Of a DNA stretch of 64,000 nt, positions 48,900 to 60,147 are shown in pieces; positions within the stretch are counted from its first letter, which is position 1; each line of letters begins with the position of its first letter. The DNA is from Perkinsus chesapeaki ATCC PRA-425 (lineage: Eukaryota; Protista; Perkinsozoa): positions 1 to 64,000 of the forward strand of contig JAAPAO010000067.1 of the NCBI GenBank assembly GCA_013115145.1, in the 5' to 3' direction. Both the position numbers and the translations under genes were made by a program. The notes below the pieces were generated by a model that worked only from the letters and a program-made list of their open reading frames with translations, was not told the origin of the DNA and ran no database searches.

Positions 48900-51800
48900 A
48901 TGCCATCGCTCAGTTCGGCTCCCCCAGCAGCTCTAGGGGGTTCTATAATGAACTCCCATATCAAGTTGCAATACTGTCCTTCACCAGAAGTAAGCCGGGG
49001 ACTGCAAGTTGACCTATTTTGTATCGTTGGCAAGTTGACCTATTTTGTATCTTTAGATTGCCTGTCTTCGTATCATGGATGCGATATCGCACTATGGACA
49101 TTCCCAGGCTACCACTGCACCATCTCATACCAGTAAGGTTGACCATGCTTCTGGTCCCTGTAAAGATACCTTGTAGGGATTCTCCGTATTGAGTGCCCGA
49201 CATCTCTCACCATCGAGAGCGCTGATGGGTTGCCGAAGTATCTCTTACGGCTATTACGTTACCAATGCTTTGGACGACAGTCTCGTAAGTATCTTGACGC
49301 AGTAATTGGGTTCTCAGAGCTGAGTCCTTTCCAAAAGCCTTCTATTTAACGCGGTGGACGGTCTGCGAGTTTTTCACATCAGGCAGGTTATTGCAGTGTC
49401 ACCATGGCGCCTTGAATCCATTATCGAGTTCGTAATCGATTACCGCATTGCATTTTACGTGTAGAATGGCTGTTGAGTAGCAGCTGAACAAGAAATAAGT
49501 ATTGAAGGTCTCCTCAGTCTGTTGCTTTGTCAGGTTCCCTATTTGTGGCGCGTGACTGTTCTTATTCTCTGGCTGGATGGGGCCAAGCCCACGTTGCATC
49601 CTCATTGGAGACTATGCTATTAGCTGATACCGACAAGAGTGTTAGATACGTTGGAGGTTAGTTCGTGTCCCATGGCAACTTAGCTCCATTTTATTAATTT
49701 AACTTTTACGTGCTAATTTCAAGCATTTCCGACTCGATATATTACTGACTTCAGTTTGATATTTCCGACATTTCGTATAATATTTTCAATTTTCGGTGAA
49801 TTTCGGGGCGCTTTTTGTCTTGAATAATGAGAGATAAATGTGGCCAATGATCTCACAAACCACATCGGAACCTCTCCAGAGTTCTTGGTAGTTTTGTTTC
49901 CATCAGTCTGCCACTTTTCCCGTATTAGCACTCTCCGTCTCGGAATCACCCATTGCTATCGCACACTTGACTTGTCGTCATTCTCTCAGGCCGCCGATTC
50001 GACGAGGATCGAGCGGTAGGCCATGAATGGCGCGATTTCTTCCGCGATCCAACTCAAGAGTAATGCCGCAGTAGTAAACTGCTGCCTGGTTGATCGTCTC
50101 TATCATCAGGTACTGGGTACTACCTCGTCTGGAGATATCAACAGATGGTATCTTTCCTGATATCACGTGCACGGTCGCAGCTAATCTGCTTTATGACGAT
50201 CGCACTGGCAATATTCTTAAAGGAGAATCGGATGAGGGTAGTATTTTATGGGTGTTGTGGCGGGAGCGGTAGAGGTGATTTTCAGCTCTGTCAACATTGG
50301 TCTCCTTTAAATGGCCGACGATGCTCAGCGATCTTAGTACTGGTCCGGCCCCTCTGCCACCCCTCTCTGGCGATATAGCGCAGGCAAACACGCTGGAAGA
50401 GTAATAATGGTTGCGGGGTTCGAACGCAGGACCTTCGGATTAATTTGAAGAGGATCGGCGCTCGACTATTAGGCTAACATTTCTCTTAGATACACTGATA
50501 CTGTCAACACAGCTATTTCCAAATTCCGTAACGGTTCTTTAGATAAAGTGGTAAGCTGCTAATCTATTGCATACCGCTCCTCCCTTATATAGTAATGCTT
50601 TTGCAGGTAATTTCCCTTCGGTCCACGTTAAGTTTTGTTGATTCCGCCAACCCGATGGATCCCATCGATTGGCTTATTACTGTTGTTGAAGCAGTACCGG
50701 ATACCAAAAGATATGTAATATATTTACCACGCGGGATGCTGCTCCTGCCACGTCGAGAAAAAATCATGTGGAAAAATTCTTGGTGTTTCCGTGCTTCCCT
50801 ACTCTGTGCAGCGAAGTTTGAATGCATTATAATCTCTTCCCACCGCCTATCACTATCATTGAAGGTTTCATTTAGAAGGTCGTTCCTAGGAGGGTTTTCT
50901 CATTCTTGTCTTATGTCAGACTATCTATCTGGAGCCCCCGGTCGGCGGTGACAGTGCTTTCGTTTGCCTAACTCCCGAAAGACTTTGCCGTGTTGTGGGT
51001 GGCCATATCGATACGGAGGCGGTCGCTGGCACTTGGAAACCATCTGAGATCAACACTAAAGATGAAGTAAAGGCTTCGAGAGGGGATGGTAGTGTAGTTC
51101 GCTTCAGGCCGATGTAAAGCGAACTACCGAGCATAGCACCGTGACTAAGTACATAAAGGGCATACTTTGTCGGAAGGCACATGACGTAAGGGTCGGGGAA
51201 TTGTGGGCCAATTTGGTTACATTAAATTGCTTATATTGATACTTGCTATATCTTACCATGCTTGATATATTTACTAATGTGTGGTTAGCTTTTATAGCAT
51301 TATCTTTTAATACCGTATTTCTCTCAACTTTATGATAGGTAGTACGTGTCTGTAACCTTTTCATTATCAGGTACACGTTAGTAAGGTTCATCTATTGAAA
51401 TTAAAGGAGTTGGTGCATTGCAAGCAGATGCTTGAGGGAACAGTTGACTTGGTCTCCAACTGTGCTGAAACTAACGTCAATGGTAGTAGTATTACTACTT
51501 TAGGCTAGTACTAGGATCTAGCATTTCCTACTACTGTAGTAGGAAATGCTGATACCTCTATTCTCAGCGCAGTATGGCTATAGTCTCTCGGCACTCCTTG
51601 CTTGATGTGGCTTTGGAGGTCCACCGAAAAGCCTTATGTTTATGCTCTTTAATGAACTTAAAACTGAACGAAGAGTATGTTTTATTTATTTAAACTCGTC
51701 TTTGTCACATTCTGCATGCTTCTCAGAATCGATCTACTGTACATTGGTTCTAAGGTACTGTTGAAGCCCCAAGGACCGGCCGAGAGGTGCTCGAGTGGCT

Positions 51801-54800
51801 GCTCCGAGATCTGCATCCTACTCCGGCGGTGGGAGGTCAACCGTTAAAAGATGCTATGACATTTATTAGAGCTCGAGAGCCGTTTGATAGAGGTACTTAC
51901 TATTATTATTGTCCCTCGATGAGCATTCCATCACAGGCTTCTTTGCGGCACCATGCGGGGTGGTATCATCAGACGGCGGAGAGCTTGCAGTGTCCTTGAG
52001 GAGCGCTTTGGTGGAGCGTCGTCATGGATCCAAGGTCATACATAGGGCTCGGGAGTGTCGGGAATGTTTCTTATCGGTCGTAGAGTTGTCCTTGATTTTC
52101 TACATAGGGCTGATCTTAAGTGTTTACAAACACCTGCGTAGGTTACGGAAATGCCATTAGAGATGCTTGAAGAGTTACTTAAGAAATTTATTTAAGCCTT
52201 ATAAAAGTAGCGGTATCTTATTCGATAATAATAAGGGATGTCTTCAAACTAGGCCGCAGCAGGCTTTGATTATCTCATTAGTAGTATGCTTTTTGGTAGG
52301 TCCATGTGATGGCCGGAGCAGGCCTGATCGATGGCTCAGTGCCAAAGGACGAGTGGAATGAGATACGCCTCAAAATGAGACAGTTTGTTGGGACTCTTTC
52401 TGATGGTGAGCGGAGCGAAGCGATTCGTGAATTACGATTTTGCTGTTAGGTTCGAGGCCTGCTTTACAGGACCCGAAAGATTTCCCGAACTTCAACACCT
52501 TCTGGTGTGCAGTTTTTGTTGATGAATTAGTTCGACTTGGCATTAAACATTTCGTAAGTTGCCATCACGTTGTGCGTGCGTGCACGTGCGCATCCGTTGG
52601 TCCTCAGGTGGTGTGCCCCGGCAGCCGATCGACTCCATTAACGATAGCTGTTACGCAACATCCTCAAACGTCTCATATTGTAATGAAAAATGGATCAGGT
52701 TTGAGCGGAGCGAAGTTTTATTATTCTTGTTAAGGTTCACACTGATGAAAGGGGCGCGGCGTTCTACGCTCTTGGGTATGCTAAAGCGACTGGCTTGCCG
52801 GCACCTGTTATAGTTACTAGTGGTGAGATAGGGTCGAAGAGGGTTACCCGCATTGATGGCCGATATTTTGGATTAATGGAAACAGTCGCATCAACAGTGA
52901 AATGTCAGAAAACTCTTTGATGTCTTCGCAGTCGAATTTATTTCGGGCACGATCTTCGGTTTTCGGAAATTAGATTGTTTTTTGGGTTTCGGCTGCGAGA
53001 AGCCAGGAGATATGAGTGCGTCGGTTAACCAATTATACTTTACTGTTTTCAGGTTCAGCAGTTGCTAATTTGCTGCCAGCAGTGACCGAGGCCGAGGCCG
53101 CTCGAGTGCCGATGATGCTTTTGACAGCGGACAGACCCGCTGAACTAAGAGATACTGGGTAGGGGCATTATTGGTAATTTCGTGGCGCAGTGACGATTGT
53201 TTCCAGGAGCAACCAGACCACTGATCATATGGGTATCCTGCGGTCCTTCGCTGTGTGGTCTCGAGACATCGCTCCGCCGAGTGAAGCCTTACCGATTCGA
53301 TCGCTACTGAGTGACGTTGATTATGCCGTTGAACGGTGTCTGAGCCAGAGGGGAATGATCCATATGAACCTCCAGTTTCGGGAGAATCTTGCGCCGGAAG
53401 GAGGACCAGTAGGGAATTGAATTGATGGTCTGGATTATCAAAAGGTTTGAGTTCAGGTTCGTGGTGGCCAGTATGGCGAGACGAGCGCGTTCCATGTGCC
53501 AGAAGATGGCCGGTTCACTCGTTGGCAGACGAGATCGACCGAGCCTTTTACACTTCCGGCTCGTCGATCGGAGAGGATTATCAGCGATGAGAGAATTAAG
53601 GAAATGATAGGCAAGTTGGAAGGGTTTTCCTTTCCCCGTTAAGGGCTGTATTTCAGGCTCAAATACAGTGGTTTTGGTTGTGGGGGCATTATCGTCACCG
53701 ATGGAGGCAGCGGCAATCGATGCTGCTGCGGATAAACTACAATGCCTTGTGTTGGCTGACGTCACAAGCGGTAGTATAGAAGGCACTGGTGTTGGGTTAC
53801 TTCAGCGGGATACTTTGGTTGTTCGAATCTGATGTTCTTAAATTGTTTCCAGAGGGATGTATCACCTTCTGGTTCATTATTGAGATATTTCCGGTCGCAA
53901 TAGCGCGAGTCTGACGGGGCTTGGGGGAGTTAGAGTCGCTGAAATTGGAAGTATAATTTAATAAGAGCCGTGCGTCATCTGTATTCAAGTTGGAAATACC
54001 GTAGCTTTCTCTGGCTTCATTTTAAACTGCTGCTATGTAGGTTGCCGGCGGGAATGCCTTCCGAGTCTATGTCTCGGTTCCCAGCCAGTAGTGGATCTGC
54101 TGGAGCTCAGTCGTCCAGTGGTTGTCAGACTGGGTGGTGCGTTGATATCTAAGCAAGTACAAGGATGGATGTCGTCCAAGATGGGGGGGCCTGTAGGAAC
54201 TTCATACCGCTCCTTTCTCTGATCTTATGTCAAGGTTAAGGATCAAATCAGAGTAATTGATGTCCCTATCAGACATGATGTTGACTGGACAAGTAAGCAA
54301 TATCGCTATACAGATATGGAATCCTTCGTCCAGAAAATTTTCGGAAAATCTTATTGGAATTTTCGGGTTTATTCTCGTATGCGTACGTTGGTGAGTCGAA
54401 GTAGAAATGTTGAATTCGAAAGGTTCAACTGTGATTGAGCTTCAATTGTGAATGATAGCTTTCCCGTCAGGCACCACCACCCTCGATGCCACTTGCTCCG
54501 AGTTCGCTCGTATGGTTGATGATCTGAGTGTATCGCCACAGGTACCCCAGCCATGCCTCGCTTCCTCCAGACCCTGCTGCTTGTTCAGGTGCTCAAATCT
54601 AATAGGGTGCTTCGTGACAGGGTTAAGGCGATCAGTCGTCGGGTGGACAAAACCGTTGAAGATGAACTTGGCAATTCCTGTAGCATTGAAGCGCTAGACG
54701 TAGGGATCTATTCCTGGCAGGCACTGAACCTAATATTTCACGAACTCTGGCTAGTTTTGTGGCGCGCAAGAATGAGGCATTGGTCATCAGTAGCAGCATG

Positions 54801-56724
54801 AGCTGTCGTAATTTCGACACGTTCGTGAGTACATTGTTTCTTCGTGCCTGTAATCTCCAATTTTCAGTGTCCTCTCGGCTTGGATCTTCCTCGGGTATCC
54901 TGTAGTAGAGGGGTCAGTGGCATCGACGGCACAATAAGTATTTGCCTGCTTCGCTCCGCTCCTGTTGTTGTATTTACTTTTCAGGCACGGTTATTGGATA
55001 CGCCTTTGGACTTGGTCGAGCGACGAATCTTTTGATTGGTGATGTGGCTAGTATACACGATTTGAACTCGATAGTTCAGTAAGATTCTAAATGAGGTCGA
55101 TTGGCTGCAGCTGCAGTTGGCTGCGTATCTTAGGTTGGCCAACTACCTGAGTGGGCGTGGTGTGATGGGCGACGTTAAGGTTCCTTTGGTTAAGCTTGTT
55201 GTCTGCAACAACGATGGTGGCAGTATGTTCAAGTTCGTGCCGATCGGGAAGTATTCTGATGACGTTGGGTTCAATGAGAACTTCCGAACTCCCAGTGGAG
55301 TGTCATTCGCCGGCGCTGCTAAGATGATGGGCTTGAATCACTGCTCGACTGTCGATAGCCTCGAGAAACTGACCAATGCCCTCGATAAGAGCGGTCTTAC
55401 GGAGATTGTAAGTGGTAGCGGAGTAGTCGAGCTTCGTTGTTCATGGTGGCAGTGAAGAGAATTTAAGCTATGGAACTTTCTCGCGGGAAGGAATTCTTGT
55501 GGAATTCTATTTTGGAATCAACCACTGGCATGTCTGTCTGATAGATACCAGAGACCACCCAAGATGAGGACGTGGCATTGCGCCGGCGGATATCAGCTGC
55601 TATTGGTCAGGTTGTTGATGACACGCTTAGGCTTCATCCGAGAGTTAAATTAAGGTGCGCGAAGTGAATAGTGGGATTTTATCATCATTATAAGTTTATA
55701 CACGTATCCAGAAACGTTTTAATCTCCGCCTGGGCCTGAAAAGATACTAGAGTACTAATTTTCGAAATCAATTATTGCCGTTCTTGATGAAAATAAATCA
55801 CAGTAAAATTTCCGTAAGTTCCACGCAACTGCAGCGAGCTTTATACAGCGGATAGGTGGGCAGCAACTTATGAGAAAGATGACTGAGACAAATCCTGCAG
55901 CACTGGGGGAAATGATACCATGTTCATGTGTTACTGTTTTCAGTTATATCCGCGGCGGTACTCCTGGTAAGGCTCCCCTCGTGCTTCTACATGGCTGGAT
56001 GGGCAGCGCGAAGTCCTTCTCCGATTGGCTTGGGTGTGACGAACTTGCTGCCAAGTACGACATCATTGCCATTAGTCTACCTGGTCACGGTGACTCGTTG
56101 CCTCTTGAGAGCAGCACTTTGTTCGATTACGGTATGTCGGCCACGATCCCCAACCTCCGTGGTTTGGTCAAGGAGTTGTTCCACAATAAGCCGGTCACGT
56201 TATGTGGGTACTCGCTTGGCGGGCGAGTAGCTCTTGAATGGGCGCGTCGTGCTCCAGCGGATATCACTCGTTTGGTCATTCTTGCCGCCAGCACCTTCGT
56301 TGGTGGCCCTGCGGTGCGCGAGAAGCGCTGGTGGACTGACTGCGCCTGGGCTGACAAACTTGAGTCTCGCAATCTGGACCTTGGTCTGTTCCTCACCAAA
56401 TGGTATGGCTCAGGCTCGGTGTTTGCAGACCTGCCGACCCGGAGGCCTGAGGAGTTCTTCGGCCAATGGTTGCCATCACGTGTCGGTGAAGCTGCTAATC
56501 CCTTAGGATGGGCGAAGTCAATGTTGGCCATGAGCCAGGCGTGGGGTGTCGACTGCACTGATGTCCCTGTTGATAGATTTGTCGCTGGTGCGTTGGACGC
56601 CAAATACTCTCGTATGAAGATATCTCTGGCAAGCGATAAAGATAGGATAATCATTCCAGATGTGGGCCACAGTCTTCTTTGGGAAGTTGACTGTGAGACC
56701 CTCATTCACGCTGCAATGCTGTAG
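48900..56724 (+). CDS. PHYLLO-like multifunctional enzyme: MenF-MenD-MenH fusion lacking MenC (many short introns)
   Basis: Hand-spliced exons give continuous MenF, MenD and MenH motifs. The F/D junction is in frame across intron 52406-52449 and the D/H junction across intron 55655-55943. Confidence 0.8.
50410..50478 (-). pseudogene. Degenerate tRNA-like relic filling a menF intron (antisense)
   Basis: The minus strand reads GTTAGCCTAATAGTCGAGCGCCGATCCTCTTCAAATTAATCCGAAGGTCCTGCGTTCGAACCCCGCAACC. It has A-box-like and B-box (GTTCGAAC)-like segments, but the stems pair poorly. Confidence 0.25.
51520..51550. repeat. Perfect 15+1+15 bp palindrome in a long menF intron
   Basis: AGCATTTCCTACTAC-T-GTAGTAGGAAATGCT. 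Confidence 0.9.
52450..55654 (+). other. menD: SEPHCHC synthase (ThDP-dependent) module of the fusion
   Basis: [31 protein letters not shown]; [56 protein letters not shown]; LADVTSG; [14 protein letters not shown]; [12 protein letters not shown]; ThDP motif [11 protein letters not shown]...NNDGGSMF. Confidence 0.93.
55944..56724 (+). other. menH: SHCHC synthase (alpha/beta hydrolase) module of the fusion
   Basis: [10 protein letters not shown]; [10 protein letters not shown] (Ser); [19 protein letters not shown] (MenH-typical R..D..WA..L..FL..WY); GALDAKY (Asp); VGHSL (His). Confidence 0.85.
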
Positions 56725-57963
56725 ACTTGTAGTAACTACTTCTTTACTCCTATCGAGTCATTAGCGCCTCATGCTGCGCTTAGTGTTTCTAAACGCCTAT
56801 TGCTTGAGCGATCTTATGTTGTGTTTTAGAGTAATCTTGAACGTCAGCTAATGCTGTCTCTATGAAAAAAGCGACCTTAATTATTGCAGACACAGTCTCC
56901 TCGTTAGCTTCATACTGTAAACAGACCTACACTGATATCGCAGCCTTGATAATGAGATACAAATTTCTACACCTGTTCATCTGCTATAGGAGGACCCTAG
57001 GACTCTACAACACACGCCAACTTGGTCCCTTCCGCGACATCCTTGACACTGAAAATGTCCATCGTGAACATTTGCAAGCAAAAGAACGAGATAGCAGCAT
57101 TCGGGCGTTTCTCCAATCCAGCCTCAAATGGTGTTGTTGTTGTCCCTTACTTCGTGGGCGAAGCTTGAGTGGCGCTCAGTGTGTGCATCCAGGAAGCCAC
57201 AATGGTGAAGGTGTTCGGGCCTCTAGGAGCAGTGTGCGCCACTTACTCGATGTTTGACGCTTTTTTGGGGCTTCTGACAAGAAACACTAGGAAGAACGTG
57301 CACCTAGAGGCCGCGCCAGCGCCCTTCAAGAAAAAATTAAAATTCTTCCCATACTGTTTGTTCACAAATTGTTCCTGTAAATATTCCCAGGAACAGGAAA
57401 CAATAACCAATTATTCCCGGAGATGTACAACCCTGTAAATTGCGAGCTCTCCTCTCCTCCGAGGAATGTTCTTCCTTCACCAGCTCAGGTCACGGTGAGG
57501 CGGCGCACAGCAGCATACACCCGCTCCCTAATGGTTATTTCATAAACTAGAGAAGATAAGCAGCCATACTCGAAATTATTGTCTGCTATTTTCAGAAAAT
57601 AACAGAAAATAATTTGGATTTCCCGTGAATCGCCTCGCATCCGTACTTTGGGTAGACTCCAACACGGGCATGTTTGTTGATACAGTATTATAAATTAAGT
57701 AGTAGTGTAATGGGTAAAACCTCGGAGTTAACTACGTCTCCGTCTCTCATCGATCAATCGATGTAGCTAATGAGGCGCTACTATAACAAAGATGAATGAT
57801 GCGCTGAAGCATCTACATTCTTAATATCATCAGGATCATCATATAAACTTGAAACTCATATAAGGCTGCGTTATCTTCATGAAGGAGAATTATTCTGATA
57901 GAGCGGTGTTCCTGTACAACGGGTCTCTACCGACAACACTAAAAAGTTGGATACACACATTCA

Positions 57964-58422
57964 TCATCTTGCGCATACGATAGCTGGATAGAGGTGGTTA
58001 GCCGGTAGAGCGATAACGTTACCGGGATCACCAAGGTCTAGCACAAGTCGTGCTGGCCCATCAAGCCATGCAGCCTGTCGCAAAGCTGTGCGCCCCAGGT
58101 TAAGTCCGGCAATATGTTGATCATTGAATTCATTGATGAGCTCTAGGCGGTCTTGATCATGCCAATCAAAGGTAATAGTATCATCGTTCATGTCGTACCC
58201 GAGACGTATGTGGAAGGCAAATTCTTCAGTATCGATCAAGAACAGAACTTGTGGTGGGACACGGCCTGGCTGAAACGGTAGAAAGGCAACGTTGATACTG
58301 GCCACAAAATTACCGTTAGGAGAGTAGCGCAACATGAAGGACACCCCGTTCAGCTGGGCATCACCGCAGGCGACTAGGGCCATCAGAAACCAGCCGTGAA
58401 TCAGCATCATAGTCAGCTTCAA
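57964..58422 (-). CDS. Intronless secreted protein of unknown family (distant relative of 59593/61463)
   Basis: Signal peptide MKLTMMLIHGWFLMALVACG-DA, a beta-strand-rich body and weak pattern similarity to the two downstream paralogs. Confidence 0.65.
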   Translation of the reverse strand: MKLTMMLIHGWFLMALVACGDAQLNGVSFMLRYSPNGNFVASINVAFLPFQPGRVPPQVLFLIDTEEFAFHIRLGYDMNDDTITFDWHDQDRLELINEFNDQHIAGLNLGRTALRQAAWLDGPARLVLDLGDPGNVIALPANHLYPAIVCAR

Positions 58423-59592
58423 CAGTTTTTGAAGGCGACTTTAGCAATCGTTTTAGCCAGGTAACTTGCTGGGCGCACGTACTGCCGCTGTAACAGCGGC
58501 TCGGCTGAAAGTTCCATGCTCCGGAGCCGAGCATTTGACATATTATCGACTTCGTTCATTCACTATGATTGGTCGCAGATTGCCTTCAAGTGACACACTA
58601 AGAGGTTTCGGTCGCTCTGCTCCTGAGAGGACGGAGAGCGGACCTAGACATGCCAAGCTTTATATAGCTGATATTGTGAGCTGGGGCGTATGTGCAACTC
58701 GGCTTCATCTCTCTCACTCAATATAAAGGGATAAGGCTGGGCACAAGACAATCACACCTGCAGTAGGTGACCTGGTCGGTGACCTACTCGACTGAACTCA
58801 GAGAAAGCCTCAAAGAGTAGAACCACTTAAGCGGAAAATCTTCCTGCGGTTGTTCCCTTAACCAAGCCGCTTGTTAGAAACACTCGCCTTGGATAAAGGA
58901 GCTCCCGCAGAAACACGGTGCTTCTCCCGGAGCGACACGGTGGGTAGCCTACCCAGGATAGGCGCTTTCCAGCACTGGCAAGTCTGAAAAAAGCGCCGAA
59001 GTGCCAGCGAAAAAGCGGATCTTCCGCGACACGGACACGTGAAGGGTTGAAAAGCAGAACAATTCTGCGTCTCAAGCTCAGTGGAGGCTCCAGAACAAGG
59101 CGTGGAGCGCGGCGTACAAGCCGACCGACTCTCTCGCTGCATTAGGTGCGAAAGGCGTAAGGTGTGAAATAGGCCGCCTCACACCTTAAGGCACCTTCCG
59201 CCTTGCACCGTTCGTAAGGAGCAAGGTGACAGACTCTTCCTGCAGTGCAGGCTGCACTTCGCTCATTTACTCTACGCACAACAAGTGGAGCTCCGCAAAT
59301 ACCGGAATCGAATGCGACTGACTATAGCCGATATACTCGGAGTGCGTCTCCCCATGAGACCCTCATATTGTATAGCAGTCGCACAGCTCAAGACAACGTG
59401 GCAAGAGTAGGTCACTTTTCATCGCGGAAGCATTTTCGCCTCGCCGGTGGAGTTTCGCATGCATACTTTTAAAGCTATGAGGAAGTTGCACGTACATCGG
59501 GGCTCTCGATGACCGGGCACACTTGGGTATCCGTCACTTTAACCTCAGGATCCCTGAACCAGTTCCACACTGATTGTTCATCACTCTCCCGT

Positions 59593-60147
59593 ATGACGAA
59601 CATCGCTCTGCTCGCTCTCCTTGTTGGTGTGCTACCTGAATGTTATGCTGAGGACATCCTGCGTGGATACGTACTCCGAGTTGCGGATGGGGAATGGCAG
59701 ATTATGGTGGCATTTGAACCATATAGCGATAGGGTATACATTTCGGCTAATTCTCCTCAACACTCAATCAATGCTTTTTTGCCCTACGAGGTTGATTTGG
59801 ACGAGGGTGTGCCGATAGAGGTCCATCTGCTATGGGACCATCCCAGCGCGTCTACAACAAGGGCCAGCTTCTTGAGGTCTATTGGGGACGCTGGAATCAA
59901 TGATCCTGAGATCACCGCAGATGACCGAATCGATACCATATATGTGTCACGAGATGATTTTGGAAATAATGTCGTCAATATATTAGCGCTGGCCCCGCGA
60001 CTGAGCCGCTTACCTGTAGTTGTGTCAACAACCACCGACCCATTACACACCTTCAGCATGGCTATAATTGCTTTGTTCTGTGCTATACACAACAGTTATC
60101 AACCACACAGAAGTCTGATCGACGAGAGCTTGCTAACTGATGCTTAG
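59593..60147 (+). CDS. Intronless secreted protein of unknown family with a C-terminal hydrophobic helix
   Basis: Signal peptide MTNIALLALLVGVLPECYA-ED. Aligns end to end with 61463..62008 (GEWQIMVAFE/GHWQIVVTFE, AFLPYE/AFVPYE, VHLLW, LSRL, ALFC). Confidence 0.8.
   Translation: MTNIALLALLVGVLPECYAEDILRGYVLRVADGEWQIMVAFEPYSDRVYISANSPQHSINAFLPYEVDLDEGVPIEVHLLWDHPSASTTRASFLRSIGDAGINDPEITADDRIDTIYVSRDDFGNNVVNILALAPRLSRLPVVVSTTTDPLHTFSMAIIALFCAIHNSYQPHRSLIDESLLTDA

Larger units (their letters stand above)
48900..52405 (+). other. menF: Isochorismate synthase module of the fusion
   Basis: RILRIECP; FVARD..LAGWG.A; RYVGGRRFD..HEWRDF; YWVLPRLE; SLDKVVISLR; [17 protein letters not shown]; TEHSTV; [32 protein letters not shown]; [21 protein letters not shown]. 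Confidence 0.9.

Noticed and set aside
49004-49051. 22-bp direct repeat (GCAAGTTGACCTATTTTGTATC x2) in the first men intron; similar short duplications near 22628/22758, 29115/29154 and 46646
   Set aside because: Ordinary local slippage duplications with no further structure.
56997-57340. Small minus-strand spliced ORF just downstream of menH as a possible DHNA-CoA thioesterase (MenI)
   Set aside because: The tentative product (..FTIVASWMHTERHSSFAHEAGLEKRPNAAISFFCLQMF..) shows no hotdog-fold motif, and the gene model itself is too uncertain.
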